Below are positions 40,750 to 50,527 of a stretch of DNA of 64,000 nt, one piece after another. How positions within the stretch are numbered: the stretch's first letter is position 1; each line of letters starts with the position of its first letter. The stretch covers positions 169,632-233,631 of the forward strand of contig CP144790.1 of NCBI GenBank assembly GCA_036689315.1, given 5' to 3'. The DNA comes from Candidatus Stammera capleta. GTDB lineage: Bacteria; Pseudomonadota; Gammaproteobacteria; Enterobacterales; Enterobacteriaceae. The notes beneath the pieces are model-generated. The model worked only from the letters and a program-made list of their open reading frames with translations, did no database searches and was not told where the DNA came from. Position numbers and translations under genes: made by a program.

Positions 40750-41526
40750 ATGAATAAATATTCCTATTATTATTACTCAAAAATACAAAATAATACATTA
40801 AAAATATATATGAGTAATGTATATATTTGGATGTCTAGTGGTTTATTTTTGACATCATTAGTTTCTTGGCTTATATCAAAAACACAATTATTTTTAAAAT
40901 TAATATTTTTTAATAAATCATTTATATTTCTAATTTTTTTAGCACAAATAACAACAATATTTTTAATATCACAAAAAATAAATGAATTATCACATAAAAC
41001 AGCAATTTTTTTATTTACTTTACATTCAATTTTAACAGGAATTACAATATCTAGTATATTTTTAATATATACTTATAATTCAATAGCAACAACATTTTTT
41101 ATTAGTAGTACAATGTTTGGAATTATGAGTATTATTGGATGTAAATATAAAAAAGATTTAACAGATATTGGAAATATATCAATTATGTTATTAATTGGTG
41201 CTTCTATAGCAACAATTATAAATTTTTGGATAAAAAGTAATTTTTTAATATGGATTATATCTTATTTAGGAATATTAATATTTTGTATATTAACAGCTTG
41301 GGATACACAAAAAATAAAAGAAATTGGAAATAATATTATTATTAATAATAACGAACAATTAATAAGATATTCAATCTTAGGTGCTTTAATGTTATATTTA
41401 GATTTTATTAATCTATATACATTAATAATACAAATATTAGGAATAAAAATTAATGATATAAATTTATATAATGATGATGAAAATAATGATTTATATAAAA
41501 ATTATTATGATGAAAATGATTATTAA
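40750..41526 (+). CDS. ybhL: Bax inhibitor-1/YccA family inner membrane protein YbhL
   Basis: 258 aa with 7 predicted TM segments. MSNVYIWMSSGLFLTSLVSW, TAWDTQKIKEIG and RYSILGALMLYLDFINL match E. coli YbhL MAQVYGWMTVGLLLTAFVAW, TAYDTQKLKNMG and KYSILGALTLYLDFINL. It carries an extra acidic Asn/Asp/Tyr-rich tail. Confidence 0.85.
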   Translation: MNKYSYYYYSKIQNNTLKIYMSNVYIWMSSGLFLTSLVSWLISKTQLFLKLIFFNKSFIFLIFLAQITTIFLISQKINELSHKTAIFLFTLHSILTGITISSIFLIYTYNSIATTFFISSTMFGIMSIIGCKYKKDLTDIGNISIMLLIGASIATIINFWIKSNFLIWIISYLGILIFCILTAWDTQKIKEIGNNIIINNNEQLIRYSILGALMLYLDFINLYTLIIQILGIKINDINLYNDDENNDLYKNYYDENDY

Positions 41527-41527
41527 T

Positions 41528-42073
41528 TTATTTTTTTAATTTTTTTTTATTTAAAAATTTTTTATATGATTTTAATATTTCATTTTTTGCATAATCAACA
41601 TTACACCAACAATCTACTTTAACCCATTTTCCTTTTTCTAATGATTTATATTGTTTAAAAAAATAAAATATCTTATTTAATAAATAAGGAGATAAATCAA
41701 ATATATCTTTTATTTTTTTATACTCATTAGATATATCATAATTAGGAACACAAATAATTTTTGAATCTTTACCACTTTCATCTAACATTTTTAATAAACC
41801 AATAGGTCTTGAATGTATAACAGAATAAGGAATTAAAGGATATGGTGTTATAACTAAAGTATCAAGAGGATCTCCATCATTAGATAATGTATTATTTATA
41901 TAACCATAATTACAAGGATAAATTAATGGTGTATTTATAAATCTATCAACAAAAATAACTCCATATTTTTTTTTAATTTCATATTTAACTGAAATTGAAT
42001 TAGCTTGAATTTCTATTATTACATATACATCATCAGGAACAAAAATACCTGTTGGAATATTATTTAAATTCAT
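41528..42073 (-). CDS. ppa: Inorganic pyrophosphatase
   Basis: 181 aa, collinear with E. coli Ppa (YVIIEIQANS..KYEI, FVDRF..T...YPCNYGYINNTLS.DGDPLD.LV.TPYPL). Confidence 0.95.
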   Translation of the reverse strand: MNLNNIPTGIFVPDDVYVIIEIQANSISVKYEIKKKYGVIFVDRFINTPLIYPCNYGYINNTLSNDGDPLDTLVITPYPLIPYSVIHSRPIGLLKMLDESGKDSKIICVPNYDISNEYKKIKDIFDLSPYLLNKIFYFFKQYKSLEKGKWVKVDCWCNVDYAKNEILKSYKKFLNKKKLKK

Positions 42074-42161
42074 TTATTAAATCTCTTATTTAATTTTAAT
42101 ATATGTATTATACTATTTAATATATTTACTTACAAATTATATATTATTAGGAATAAATATA

Positions 42162-43514
42162 ATGATTTCTAAAAAAGATATAAAAAATAAAAAAATTTTT
42201 CATTTTAAAACAATAAAAAATACTTTTAATTTAATAAATTTATATATAAATGGTAAAATACAAATAAATATACAATCTAACATAGAAATAAATATAAAAA
42301 TTAAAAATAAAAAACTAGAAAATTTAGAATTTATAAATAATGATATTATGTATATAACTGTATTTAAAGATAATAAAAAATGTACAGTAAGTTGTAATAA
42401 TTTTAAAAAAAAAAATATTATAGAATGCATAAATCAAATAAAAAATACTATTAAATTTATATCAAAAGATAAAAACTATAATTTAACAAATATAAATATA
42501 TTTAAAAAAAAACAACAAAAAAATATAGGATTATTTTTTAATGATAATATATCTATAGAAGATATGATTAAATTGGCAAAAAATACTGAATATAATTCAA
42601 TAAATACAAATAAAAAAATTATTTGTGATTATATATCATTTATATATAATATTTATTTTTTTTCTATATATAATAATTATAAAAAAATAAAATTTTATAA
42701 ATCTAAAAATTATTTTTTAATTGTTAGTTTAATTGCAAAAGAAAAAAATATAATGGAATCTGAATATAATTATATACATACACATAAATTATCTGACTTA
42801 ATAAATAAAAGTCATTATTTAGGAAAAAAAACAGCAAAAACAGCAATTAAAAAATTATATTCTAAAAAAATAAAAACTAAAAAATCTAATATTATTTTTA
42901 ATAATAATACATCTACAGAAATATTTTCTTATTTAATTAAAGCTATATATGGTTATAACATATATAATAAAACATCTTTTTTATTAAAAAAATTAAATAA
43001 AAAAATATTACCAAAATGGATGAACATAAAAGAAGATCCTTTAATTTTTAAAGGAATAGGAACAAAACCATTTGATAATGAAGGAAATACTACAATTCAA
43101 TATTTTATTGTAAAAAAAGGAATACTAAAAACATGGATACTAGATTCATATTTTTCAAAAAAATTAAAATTACCTAATACATCAAATTGTGGTGGAATAC
43201 ATAATTGGTGTTTTATAAACGAAAAAAATATTATTAGTTTAGATAATTTAATAAAAAATATGGAAAATGGTTTATTAATAGATAGAATTTTAGGTAATGG
43301 TGTAAACATAAGTAGTGGTTTATTTTCTATTGGTGCTTCTGGGTTTTTAATAAAAAATGGAAATATAAAACATTCAGTAAATGAAATAACACTATCCGGT
43401 AATTTAAATGATCTATTTAAAAATATAAAATATATGAGTAATGATATAAATTTATATTCTAATATAAGAACAGGATCAATACTTGTACCAAATATACAAA
43501 TTGGTGGTGAATAA
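42162..43514 (+). CDS. pmbA: Metalloprotease PmbA (TldE)
   Basis: 450 aa (E. coli 450). KTSFLLKKLNKKILPKWMNIKEDPLIFKGIGTKPFDNEG, CGGIHNW and C-terminal TGSILVPNIQIGGE match E. coli [46 protein letters not shown] and CGSVLLPEMKIAGQ. Confidence 0.85.
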   Translation: MISKKDIKNKKIFHFKTIKNTFNLINLYINGKIQINIQSNIEINIKIKNKKLENLEFINNDIMYITVFKDNKKCTVSCNNFKKKNIIECINQIKNTIKFISKDKNYNLTNINIFKKKQQKNIGLFFNDNISIEDMIKLAKNTEYNSINTNKKIICDYISFIYNIYFFSIYNNYKKIKFYKSKNYFLIVSLIAKEKNIMESEYNYIHTHKLSDLINKSHYLGKKTAKTAIKKLYSKKIKTKKSNIIFNNNTSTEIFSYLIKAIYGYNIYNKTSFLLKKLNKKILPKWMNIKEDPLIFKGIGTKPFDNEGNTTIQYFIVKKGILKTWILDSYFSKKLKLPNTSNCGGIHNWCFINEKNIISLDNLIKNMENGLLIDRILGNGVNISSGLFSIGASGFLIKNGNIKHSVNEITLSGNLNDLFKNIKYMSNDINLYSNIRTGSILVPNIQIGGE

Positions 43515-43526
43515 ATTAATTAATAT

Positions 43527-44618
43527 TTATTCATTTAATAAATTATAACAATTAAATTTTTTAAAAATTAAACCCAAATAATCAACAACAGATTCTTGAC
43601 TTGATCTTAACCATACTCTTGGATCATAAAATTTTTTATTGGGTTTATATAATCCATTTGGATTTCCTAATTGAGATTGTAAATAATCTTTATGATCTAT
43701 ATAATATTTAAAAATTCCTTTCCAAGAAGACCATTGAATATCTGTATCTAAATTTATTTTAACTATACCATAATCTATAGATCTTTTTATTATTTTATAA
43801 GAAGAACCAGAACCCCCATGAAAAACAAAACTTAATGGTTTTTTTTCATTAGATAAATTTTTTTTTCTAACTAATTTTTGAGAAAAATATAAAATTTCTG
43901 GAGATAAATTAACATTTCCTGGTTTATAAACACCATGTGTATTACCAAAAGAAGCTGCAATAGTAAAATAATTATTTATTTTTTTTAATTCATTATATGC
44001 ATATAATACATCTTCTGGATTTGTATATAATTTTTCATGTGAAACTTTACTATTATCTAAACCATCTTCTTCACCACCAGTACAACCAAGTTCTAATTCT
44101 AAATTAATATTAAAATTAGACATTTTTTTTAAATAATATTTACAAATATTTAAATTTTCTTCAATATTATAATTAGATAAATCTATCATATGTGATGTAA
44201 ATAATGTTTTTTTATATAAATTATAAAATTTAACATTATAATCTAATATAGCATCTATCCAATATAAATTTTCTTTAAAACAATGATCTGTATGTAAAAT
44301 AACTGGAATATCATAATATTTAGATGCTTCATGAACATATTTAGCACCTAAAATTGATCCAAAAATAACTGATTTTTTTGAATCATAAAAAGAAGAAAAA
44401 TTTTTACCAATAAAAAAATTAGCACCAGAAAAAGAAAATTGAATAATAACAATAGTTTTAAATTTTTTAGCAGCTTCTAAAACAGAATTTATTGAATTAG
44501 TATCAATACAATTTATAGCAGCTAAAGCAAATTTTTTTTTTTTTGCAATATAAAATACTTTATGTAATTCTTCACCAGATATTACTCCTGAATTAAGAAA
44601 TCCTAAAAATTTAGACAT
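43527..44618 (-). CDS. fbaA: Fructose-bisphosphate aldolase, class II
   Basis: 363 aa, collinear with E. coli FbaA (VILHTDHC, LELELGCTGGEEDG, FGNTHGVYKPGNV.L.P, FVFHGGSGS). It lies downstream of pgk as in E. coli. Confidence 0.93.
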   Translation of the reverse strand: MSKFLGFLNSGVISGEELHKVFYIAKKKKFALAAINCIDTNSINSVLEAAKKFKTIVIIQFSFSGANFFIGKNFSSFYDSKKSVIFGSILGAKYVHEASKYYDIPVILHTDHCFKENLYWIDAILDYNVKFYNLYKKTLFTSHMIDLSNYNIEENLNICKYYLKKMSNFNINLELELGCTGGEEDGLDNSKVSHEKLYTNPEDVLYAYNELKKINNYFTIAASFGNTHGVYKPGNVNLSPEILYFSQKLVRKKNLSNEKKPLSFVFHGGSGSSYKIIKRSIDYGIVKINLDTDIQWSSWKGIFKYYIDHKDYLQSQLGNPNGLYKPNKKFYDPRVWLRSSQESVVDYLGLIFKKFNCYNLLNE

Positions 44619-44658
44619 AATGTTAAACCATTTTATTTATAAATAAATTAAAAATAAA

Positions 44659-45807
44659 TTAACTTTTTTCAAGAATAGAAATAGCAGGTAATTTTTTACC
44701 TTCAATAAATTCTAAAAATGAACCTCCTCCTGTTGATATATATGAAATTTTATTCGAAATTCCTAAAAATTCAATTGCAGATATTGTATCTCCACCACCA
44801 GCAACAGAAAAAGATTTACTTTTAATTATAGAATCAGCAATAATTTCAGTACCTTTTCTAAAATTAGGAAACTCAAAAACACCAACAGGACCATTCCATA
44901 ATATAGTTTTTGCTTTTAATATAATTTTAGACATCATTTTTGCTGTTTCATCTCCTAAATCCATTATTTCATCATTATCTGTTATTTCATTAACTTTTTT
45001 TACAATAGATAAAGATTTTTCAGAATATTCACTACCAACTCTACAATCAATAGGAACTGGAATATTATATTTATCTCTAAGTATTTTAGCTTTATATACA
45101 AAATTAGGTTCATATAAAGATTTACCTACATTATTATCAATAGCAATAAATGTATTAGCAATACCACCACCAACAATAATTGTATCTGCTTTTTTAGATA
45201 AATAATTTAAAACATTAAATTTAGTTGAAACTTTTGATCCTCCAACAATAACTACTAGTGGTCTTACTGGATTAGATATAACTTTTGATAAAAATTTTAT
45301 TTCTGAATAAAATAAAGGTCCTATACATGAAACATTTGCATATTTCATAATACCATAAGTAGATGAATTTTTTCTATGAGATGATGCAAACGCATCCATT
45401 ACAAAAATATCACACATTTTAGCATATTTTTTAGATAAATAATTATCATTTTTGGTTTCACCTTTATTAAAACGAACATTTTCTAAAATTAATATTTCAT
45501 TATCAAAAAATTCTAGTTCTTTTTTTAAATAATCTTTAATTAAACGAATTTTTATATTTAATAATTTTTCTAAATAAACAGCAATAGGATATAAAGAAAA
45601 ATTTATATTAAATTTTCCTTCTTTTGGTCTACCTAAATGAGAAACCAAAATAATTTTTGCTTTTTTTTTTATTGCTTGTTTTATTGTAGGTAAAGATAAT
45701 AATATTCTTTTATCTGATAAAATTTTTCCATTTTTTAATGGAACATTTAAATCTAATCTTATCATTACTCTTTTTTTATATAAATTTACATCTTTCATTT
45801 GTAACAT
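44659..45807 (-). CDS. pgk: Phosphoglycerate kinase
   Basis: 382 aa with KRVMIRLDLNVP, SHLGRP, VVGGSKVSTK and STGGGSFLEF. The true start may be the second Met (45798). Confidence 0.93.
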   Translation of the reverse strand: MLQMKDVNLYKKRVMIRLDLNVPLKNGKILSDKRILLSLPTIKQAIKKKAKIILVSHLGRPKEGKFNINFSLYPIAVYLEKLLNIKIRLIKDYLKKELEFFDNEILILENVRFNKGETKNDNYLSKKYAKMCDIFVMDAFASSHRKNSSTYGIMKYANVSCIGPLFYSEIKFLSKVISNPVRPLVVIVGGSKVSTKFNVLNYLSKKADTIIVGGGIANTFIAIDNNVGKSLYEPNFVYKAKILRDKYNIPVPIDCRVGSEYSEKSLSIVKKVNEITDNDEIMDLGDETAKMMSKIILKAKTILWNGPVGVFEFPNFRKGTEIIADSIIKSKSFSVAGGGDTISAIEFLGISNKISYISTGGGSFLEFIEGKKLPAISILEKS

Positions 45808-45873
45808 AAAATAATTCCTATTAATATTATTTTAATAAATAATTCTATATTTCTATAATATAGAACTTTTTTT

Positions 45874-46410
45874 TCATAATTTTAAAAATTCTTTTTTATA
45901 TTTTAATGCAATTTTAGGAACACATTTTAATATAATAATATTTTCTGCATTATATTTTGGGGCAGATTTTGTATAATTATACGAACCTGTTTCTATAGAT
46001 TCTTCATCAATAACTATAAATTTATTATGCATAATATTATAACTATAATTTAATTTAATTGGTATTTTTAATATATATAAAGATTTTAATAATTTATTTT
46101 TATTTTTATTTTTATCAAATAATTTACCATCTAAAATTATTTTTATATTTACTCCTTTTTTATGTGCTTTTAATAAAGCATCATATATTTTTTTATTATT
46201 AAAATTATAAGCAGCCAATAATAATTCACTTTTACAACTTTTTATTAAATTTAATATTATTTTTTCTGTTTTATCATATGGAGAAAAACCTATATATACT
46301 TTTGATTTTGAAAAAAAATTGCAATTAGCAAAACAATTAAATAATTGTATTATATTAAATATAATAAAAAAAATTAATATATAAAAAAAACGCATAAAAA
46401 AATAAAACAT
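45874..46410 (-). CDS. Phospholipase D superfamily, single-HKD Nuc-like endonuclease with N-terminal signal/anchor
   Basis: 178 aa. The N-terminus is hydrophobic ([23 protein letters not shown]). There is one complete HKD motif, MHNKFIVIDEESIETGSYNYT (H-x-K-x4-D-x6-G-S-x-N). Size and layout resemble the plasmid/Salmonella Nuc family. Confidence 0.7.
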   Translation of the reverse strand: MFYFFMRFFYILIFFIIFNIIQLFNCFANCNFFSKSKVYIGFSPYDKTEKIILNLIKSCKSELLLAAYNFNNKKIYDALLKAHKKGVNIKIILDGKLFDKNKNKNKLLKSLYILKIPIKLNYSYNIMHNKFIVIDEESIETGSYNYTKSAPKYNAENIIILKCVPKIALKYKKEFLKL

Positions 46411-46423
46411 ATATTTATATAAA

Positions 46424-46942
46424 TTATATTTTTGATTTTTTTATTAAAATATTTATTCAATTATTTATTCTTTCAATAGTTAATTTTGGTTGATTATCTT
46501 CATCTAACATAAGACCTAAAAATTTATCTTTATTTAATAAACTATTTGAAAATTTAAAATTATATCCTTTTGTTGGTCAATATCCTATAATTTTAGCTCC
46601 ATTTTTATAAACTATATCATATAATATTTTTACTCCATTACAAAATGAATCATAATAATTTTTTTGATCTCCACAACCAAATAATGATACAATTTTATTA
46701 TTAAAATTTAATTTCTTTAAATTTAATAAAAAATTATTCCAATCATTTTGTAATTCACCATAATACCAAGTAGATGTACCTAAAATAAAAAAATTAAATT
46801 TAAAAAAATCATTTAAAGAAACATTAGAAATGTTAAAAATATTTACATTATTATAATATTTACTAATTTTTTCATAAATAATATAAGCTATTTTTTCTGT
46901 ATTTCCTGTATTACTTCCCCAAAAAATTCCTAATTTATACAT
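46424..46942 (-). CDS. fldA: Flavodoxin 1
   Basis: Track ORF 46577-46942 continues through two TGA codons (GYWPTKGY versus E. coli GHWPTAGY; INNWINIL versus VEKWVKQI) to TAA 46424-46426, giving 172 aa. It has GIFWGSNTGNTE and TWYYGELQNDW motifs. Confidence 0.9.
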
Positions 46943-47083
46943 TAAATTAATACCTTTATAAATAAAAAAATATTAATAATAATAAATTATATTATAATTT
47001 ATATAAATCTAAAAATAAAAAAAATATATAAATTATTTAAAATATATATAATTATATATAAAAAATTATTTAAAATAATATTT

Positions 47084-47896
47084 ATGAAAAAAAATTTAAC
47101 ATTATTATTAATAGATTCAGGAATAGGTGGATTTTCTATATTACAAAAAATAAAAAAAATAATTCCTGAAAATATAGAATGTATTTATTTAATGGACAAT
47201 AAAGAATTTCCATATGGAAATAAAAATTATATATTTATTACAAAAAGAATAATTAATATTATTAAATATTTTAATAAAAAAAAAATTATAATATTAATTA
47301 TAATTGCTTGTAATACAGCAAGCTCAATAGGAATAAAATATATAAAAAAAATTTTTAATATTCCAATAATAGGTACAACTCCAAATATAAAAAAAGCAAT
47401 AAAAAAAACAAAAACAAAAAAAATAGCAATTTTAGGAACTTATGTTACTTTAACAAATAAAAATATTATAAATAAAATAAAAAAAATACCTAATTCATAT
47501 AAAATATATAAAAAATATTCTTATTTTTTAGTAGAACAAGCAGAAAAAAAAATAATAAAAAATAAAATAAATAAAAAAAAATTTAAAAATATTTTTAATA
47601 ATTGGATTTATTTAAAAAATAAAATCGATACTATTATTATTGGATGTACACATTTTCATTTTTTAAAAAAAGAATTTAATTTATTTTTTAAAAAAAAAAT
47701 AATATATATAGATAATATAGAAAAAATAAAAAAAAATACAATAAAAATAATTAATTTTTATAAAAATAAAAAATCTAAAAATAAAAAACAATTTTTTTCT
47801 TTTTTTTATACAAAAAAAATAAAAAAAAATTTTATAAATATATTAATAAATAAATATAAATTTAATTATATTAAATATATTTTTATTAATACATAA
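47084..47896 (+). CDS. murI: Glutamate racemase
   Basis: 270 aa with DSGIGGFSIL, catalytic Cys motifs IIACNTAS and IIGCTHF. Confidence 0.88.
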   Translation: MKKNLTLLLIDSGIGGFSILQKIKKIIPENIECIYLMDNKEFPYGNKNYIFITKRIINIIKYFNKKKIIILIIIACNTASSIGIKYIKKIFNIPIIGTTPNIKKAIKKTKTKKIAILGTYVTLTNKNIINKIKKIPNSYKIYKKYSYFLVEQAEKKIIKNKINKKKFKNIFNNWIYLKNKIDTIIIGCTHFHFLKKEFNLFFKKKIIYIDNIEKIKKNTIKIINFYKNKKSKNKKQFFSFFYTKKIKKNFINILINKYKFNYIKYIFINT

Positions 47897-47900
47897 AAAA

Positions 47901-48500
47901 ATGTATAAATATATTTTTTTTATTTTCATTTTATTATATGAACACATAAAAAATAAATATATATATATATATATAAAATATAATTTTATAAAAAATTTAT
48001 TATTTTATTTAATAATTTTAAATAAATTAATAGAATTTCCAATAATTATTATTACTAATATATTTTTATCTTATATTTTTTTTAATTCAAAAAAAAAAAT
48101 AAAAATTAATAATATATATAAAATAATAATAAAATTTTTAATATCTATTTTTATTTTAATATTTTTAAAAAAAATAATTAAAATAAAAAGACCTTACAAA
48201 AATATAATTTTATTATATAAAAATTTATTAATTAAAAATATTAATAATATTCCTTTATTTTTAAAAATATATTGAAAAAAAAAAAATAATTCTTCTTTTC
48301 CATCTGGACATACAATTTTTATAAGTTTTTGAATTATCATTTTAAAAAAAAAAAAAAAAATTAGATATATTATTTTTTTACTTATTTTTATAATAATAAG
48401 TCGTAATGTTTTATTAGTTCATACTATTTTAGATATTATATTTTCAATTTTAATTAATAAATTTATTTTTTTTATATTTCATAAATATCAAAATCACTAG
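47901..48500 (+). CDS. PAP2-family phosphatase (undecaprenyl-diphosphatase YbjG/BcrC/PgpB-like)
   Basis: ORF 47901-48275 continues in frame through TGA 48273 and 48330 to TAG 48498-48500. All three acid-phosphatase motifs are present: KKIIKIKRP, PSGHT and SRNVLLVHTILD. An A17 tract (48344-48360) is in frame. Confidence 0.72.
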
Positions 48501-49383
48501 CAACTTTAACATTAAAAAATAATTTTTTACACTGTAATAAAAAATTTTTTATATCATATTTATTATATCTTGCACTAAAATGGGTAATTATTAATTTTTT
48601 AACATTATATTTTTTAGCAATTTTAGCAGCTTGTATATTTGTTGAATGTCCTCTACTATTAGCTTTTTTAGATAAATAAAAATCTAATGTAGATTCATGT
48701 ATAAGAATATCAACATTCATTAAATAACTGCATATATTTTCTAAAGGAGCTGTATCACCTAAAATAACAATACTTTTACCTTTTTTAGATGGACCCAAAT
48801 AATCAAAACCATTTATTATTCTACCATTAAATAAAATACTTTTTCCTTGTTTTAAATATTTATATACAGGTCCTGGATTAATACCATCTTTTATTAATTT
48901 ATTACAGTTTAATTTACCATTTTTTTTATATTCATCTATTCTAAAACCAAAACATTCTAAAGTATGATTAAGGGGAAAACAACTAATTTTTATTTTTTTA
49001 TCATCAAAAATAATTCCTTCTTTTATTTCAATAAATTTAATTGGAAAACTAATATAAGATTTACTTAAATTAATAGACATATTTATATATTTTTTTAAAT
49101 TTTTATTACCATATATTTCTAAAATATCTTTTGAACTATTTAATGATTTAGTAGTCAATAAACCAGGTAAACCAAAAATATGATCTCCATGTAAATGAGT
49201 AATAAATATTTTATTTATTTTACTAAATTTTATATTAGTTTTTAATATTTGATGTTGTGTTGCTTCACCACAATCAAATAACCAAACATTATTATAAATA
49301 TACTTAAATATTAAAGCAATACTAGAAACATTTCTATAAACACTAGGAGAACCAGCTCCTGTTCCTAAAAATTGAATAAACAT
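48472..49383 (-). CDS. rbn: Ribonuclease Z / RNase BN
   Basis: 303 aa. MFIQFLGTGAGSPS...WLFDCGEATQHQIL...ITHLHGDHIFGLPGLL...ANSRGHST is collinear with E. coli ElaC/Rbn. Confidence 0.9.
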   Translation of the reverse strand: MFIQFLGTGAGSPSVYRNVSSIALIFKYIYNNVWLFDCGEATQHQILKTNIKFSKINKIFITHLHGDHIFGLPGLLTTKSLNSSKDILEIYGNKNLKKYINMSINLSKSYISFPIKFIEIKEGIIFDDKKIKISCFPLNHTLECFGFRIDEYKKNGKLNCNKLIKDGINPGPVYKYLKQGKSILFNGRIINGFDYLGPSKKGKSIVILGDTAPLENICSYLMNVDILIHESTLDFYLSKKANSRGHSTNIQAAKIAKKYNVKKLIITHFSARYNKYDIKNFLLQCKKLFFNVKVASDFDIYEI

Positions 49384-49561
49384 AAAAATTAAAATTTAAT
49401 AAAATAATATATTTAAAATTTTATTAATTTTAAATTATAATTAAAATTATTTCAACAAAAAAAATAATAAATTTATTATATTTTTAAATGACAAAAATAA
49501 TTATTATTTATATAATAAATATTTTTAATATTATTAAATTAAATATGATAAAAAAACTAAT

Positions 49562-50518
49562 ATGAATAAAAAAATAGGTATATTAACAAGTGGTGGTGAT
49601 TCACCAGGAATGAATACTATTATAGGTTATTTAACTATATTTGGTACTAATTATGGTTTTGAAATATATGGAATTAAAAATGGATTTAAAGGTTTATATG
49701 AAAATAAAATAAAAATAATTAAAAAAAAAAATATTTTTGATTTTTTAAATAAAGGAGGAAGTTTTTTAGGAACATCTAGATTTAATGAATTTAAAAATAT
49801 AAAAATTAGAGAAAAAGCAATTAAAAATTTAAATAAAAAAAAAATAGAAATATTAATAGTAATAGGTGGAGAAGGATCTTATATTGGAGCAAAAAAACTT
49901 ATAGAAATGAATTTCCCTTGTATATGTATACCAGGAACAATAGATAATGATATATTAGGAACAGATTATACTGTTGGTTATTTTACTGCATTAGAAACTA
50001 TTGTATCATCTATAGATAAAATAACAGACACAACAAAATCACATAAAAGAATATCTATATTAGAAGTAATGGGAAGAAAATGTGGTGATTTAGCACTATC
50101 AGCATCTATTTCTTGTAATTGTGAAAATGTTATTATACCTGAAAAACCTTTTATAAAAGAAAATTTAATAAAAAAAATAAACAAAATAATAAATCAAAAA
50201 AAAGATTATATTATTATTTTAATAACAGAAAATACTTATAATATTTTTAAATTATCAAAAGAAATAGAAAAAGAAACAAAAAAAGAAACAAGATCAACAT
50301 CACTAGGATATATACAAAGAGGAGGTTGTCCTGTTGCACAAGATAGAATTTTAGCAGCAAAAATGGCTTTTTTCTCTATAAAAATGATAAAAAATAATGA
50401 AACATGTAAATGTATTGGAATTAATAAAGAAAAAATAATTAAATATAATTTTATAGAAAAAAAAATAAAAAAAAAAATTAATAATGATTTATTTAAATTA
50501 ATAAATAAATTAATTTAA
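49562..50518 (+). CDS. pfkA: ATP-dependent 6-phosphofructokinase
   Basis: 318 aa with IGILTSGGDSPGMN, IGGEGSY, PGTIDND, MGRKCGDLAL and LGYIQRGG. Confidence 0.95.
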   Translation: MNKKIGILTSGGDSPGMNTIIGYLTIFGTNYGFEIYGIKNGFKGLYENKIKIIKKKNIFDFLNKGGSFLGTSRFNEFKNIKIREKAIKNLNKKKIEILIVIGGEGSYIGAKKLIEMNFPCICIPGTIDNDILGTDYTVGYFTALETIVSSIDKITDTTKSHKRISILEVMGRKCGDLALSASISCNCENVIIPEKPFIKENLIKKINKIINQKKDYIIILITENTYNIFKLSKEIEKETKKETRSTSLGYIQRGGCPVAQDRILAAKMAFFSIKMIKNNETCKCIGINKEKIIKYNFIEKKIKKKINNDLFKLINKLI

Positions 50519-50527
50519 AAAAAAAAA

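Noticed and set aside
47957-47975. An (AT)9 dinucleotide run, and the 9-bp x3 repeat at 15769-15795 (KLNKLNKLK at the tal N-terminus).
   Set aside because: Both are short, low-complexity and inside coding sequence, consistent with compositional drift. Unlike the acpP hexamer array, they are neither long nor structurally distinctive.
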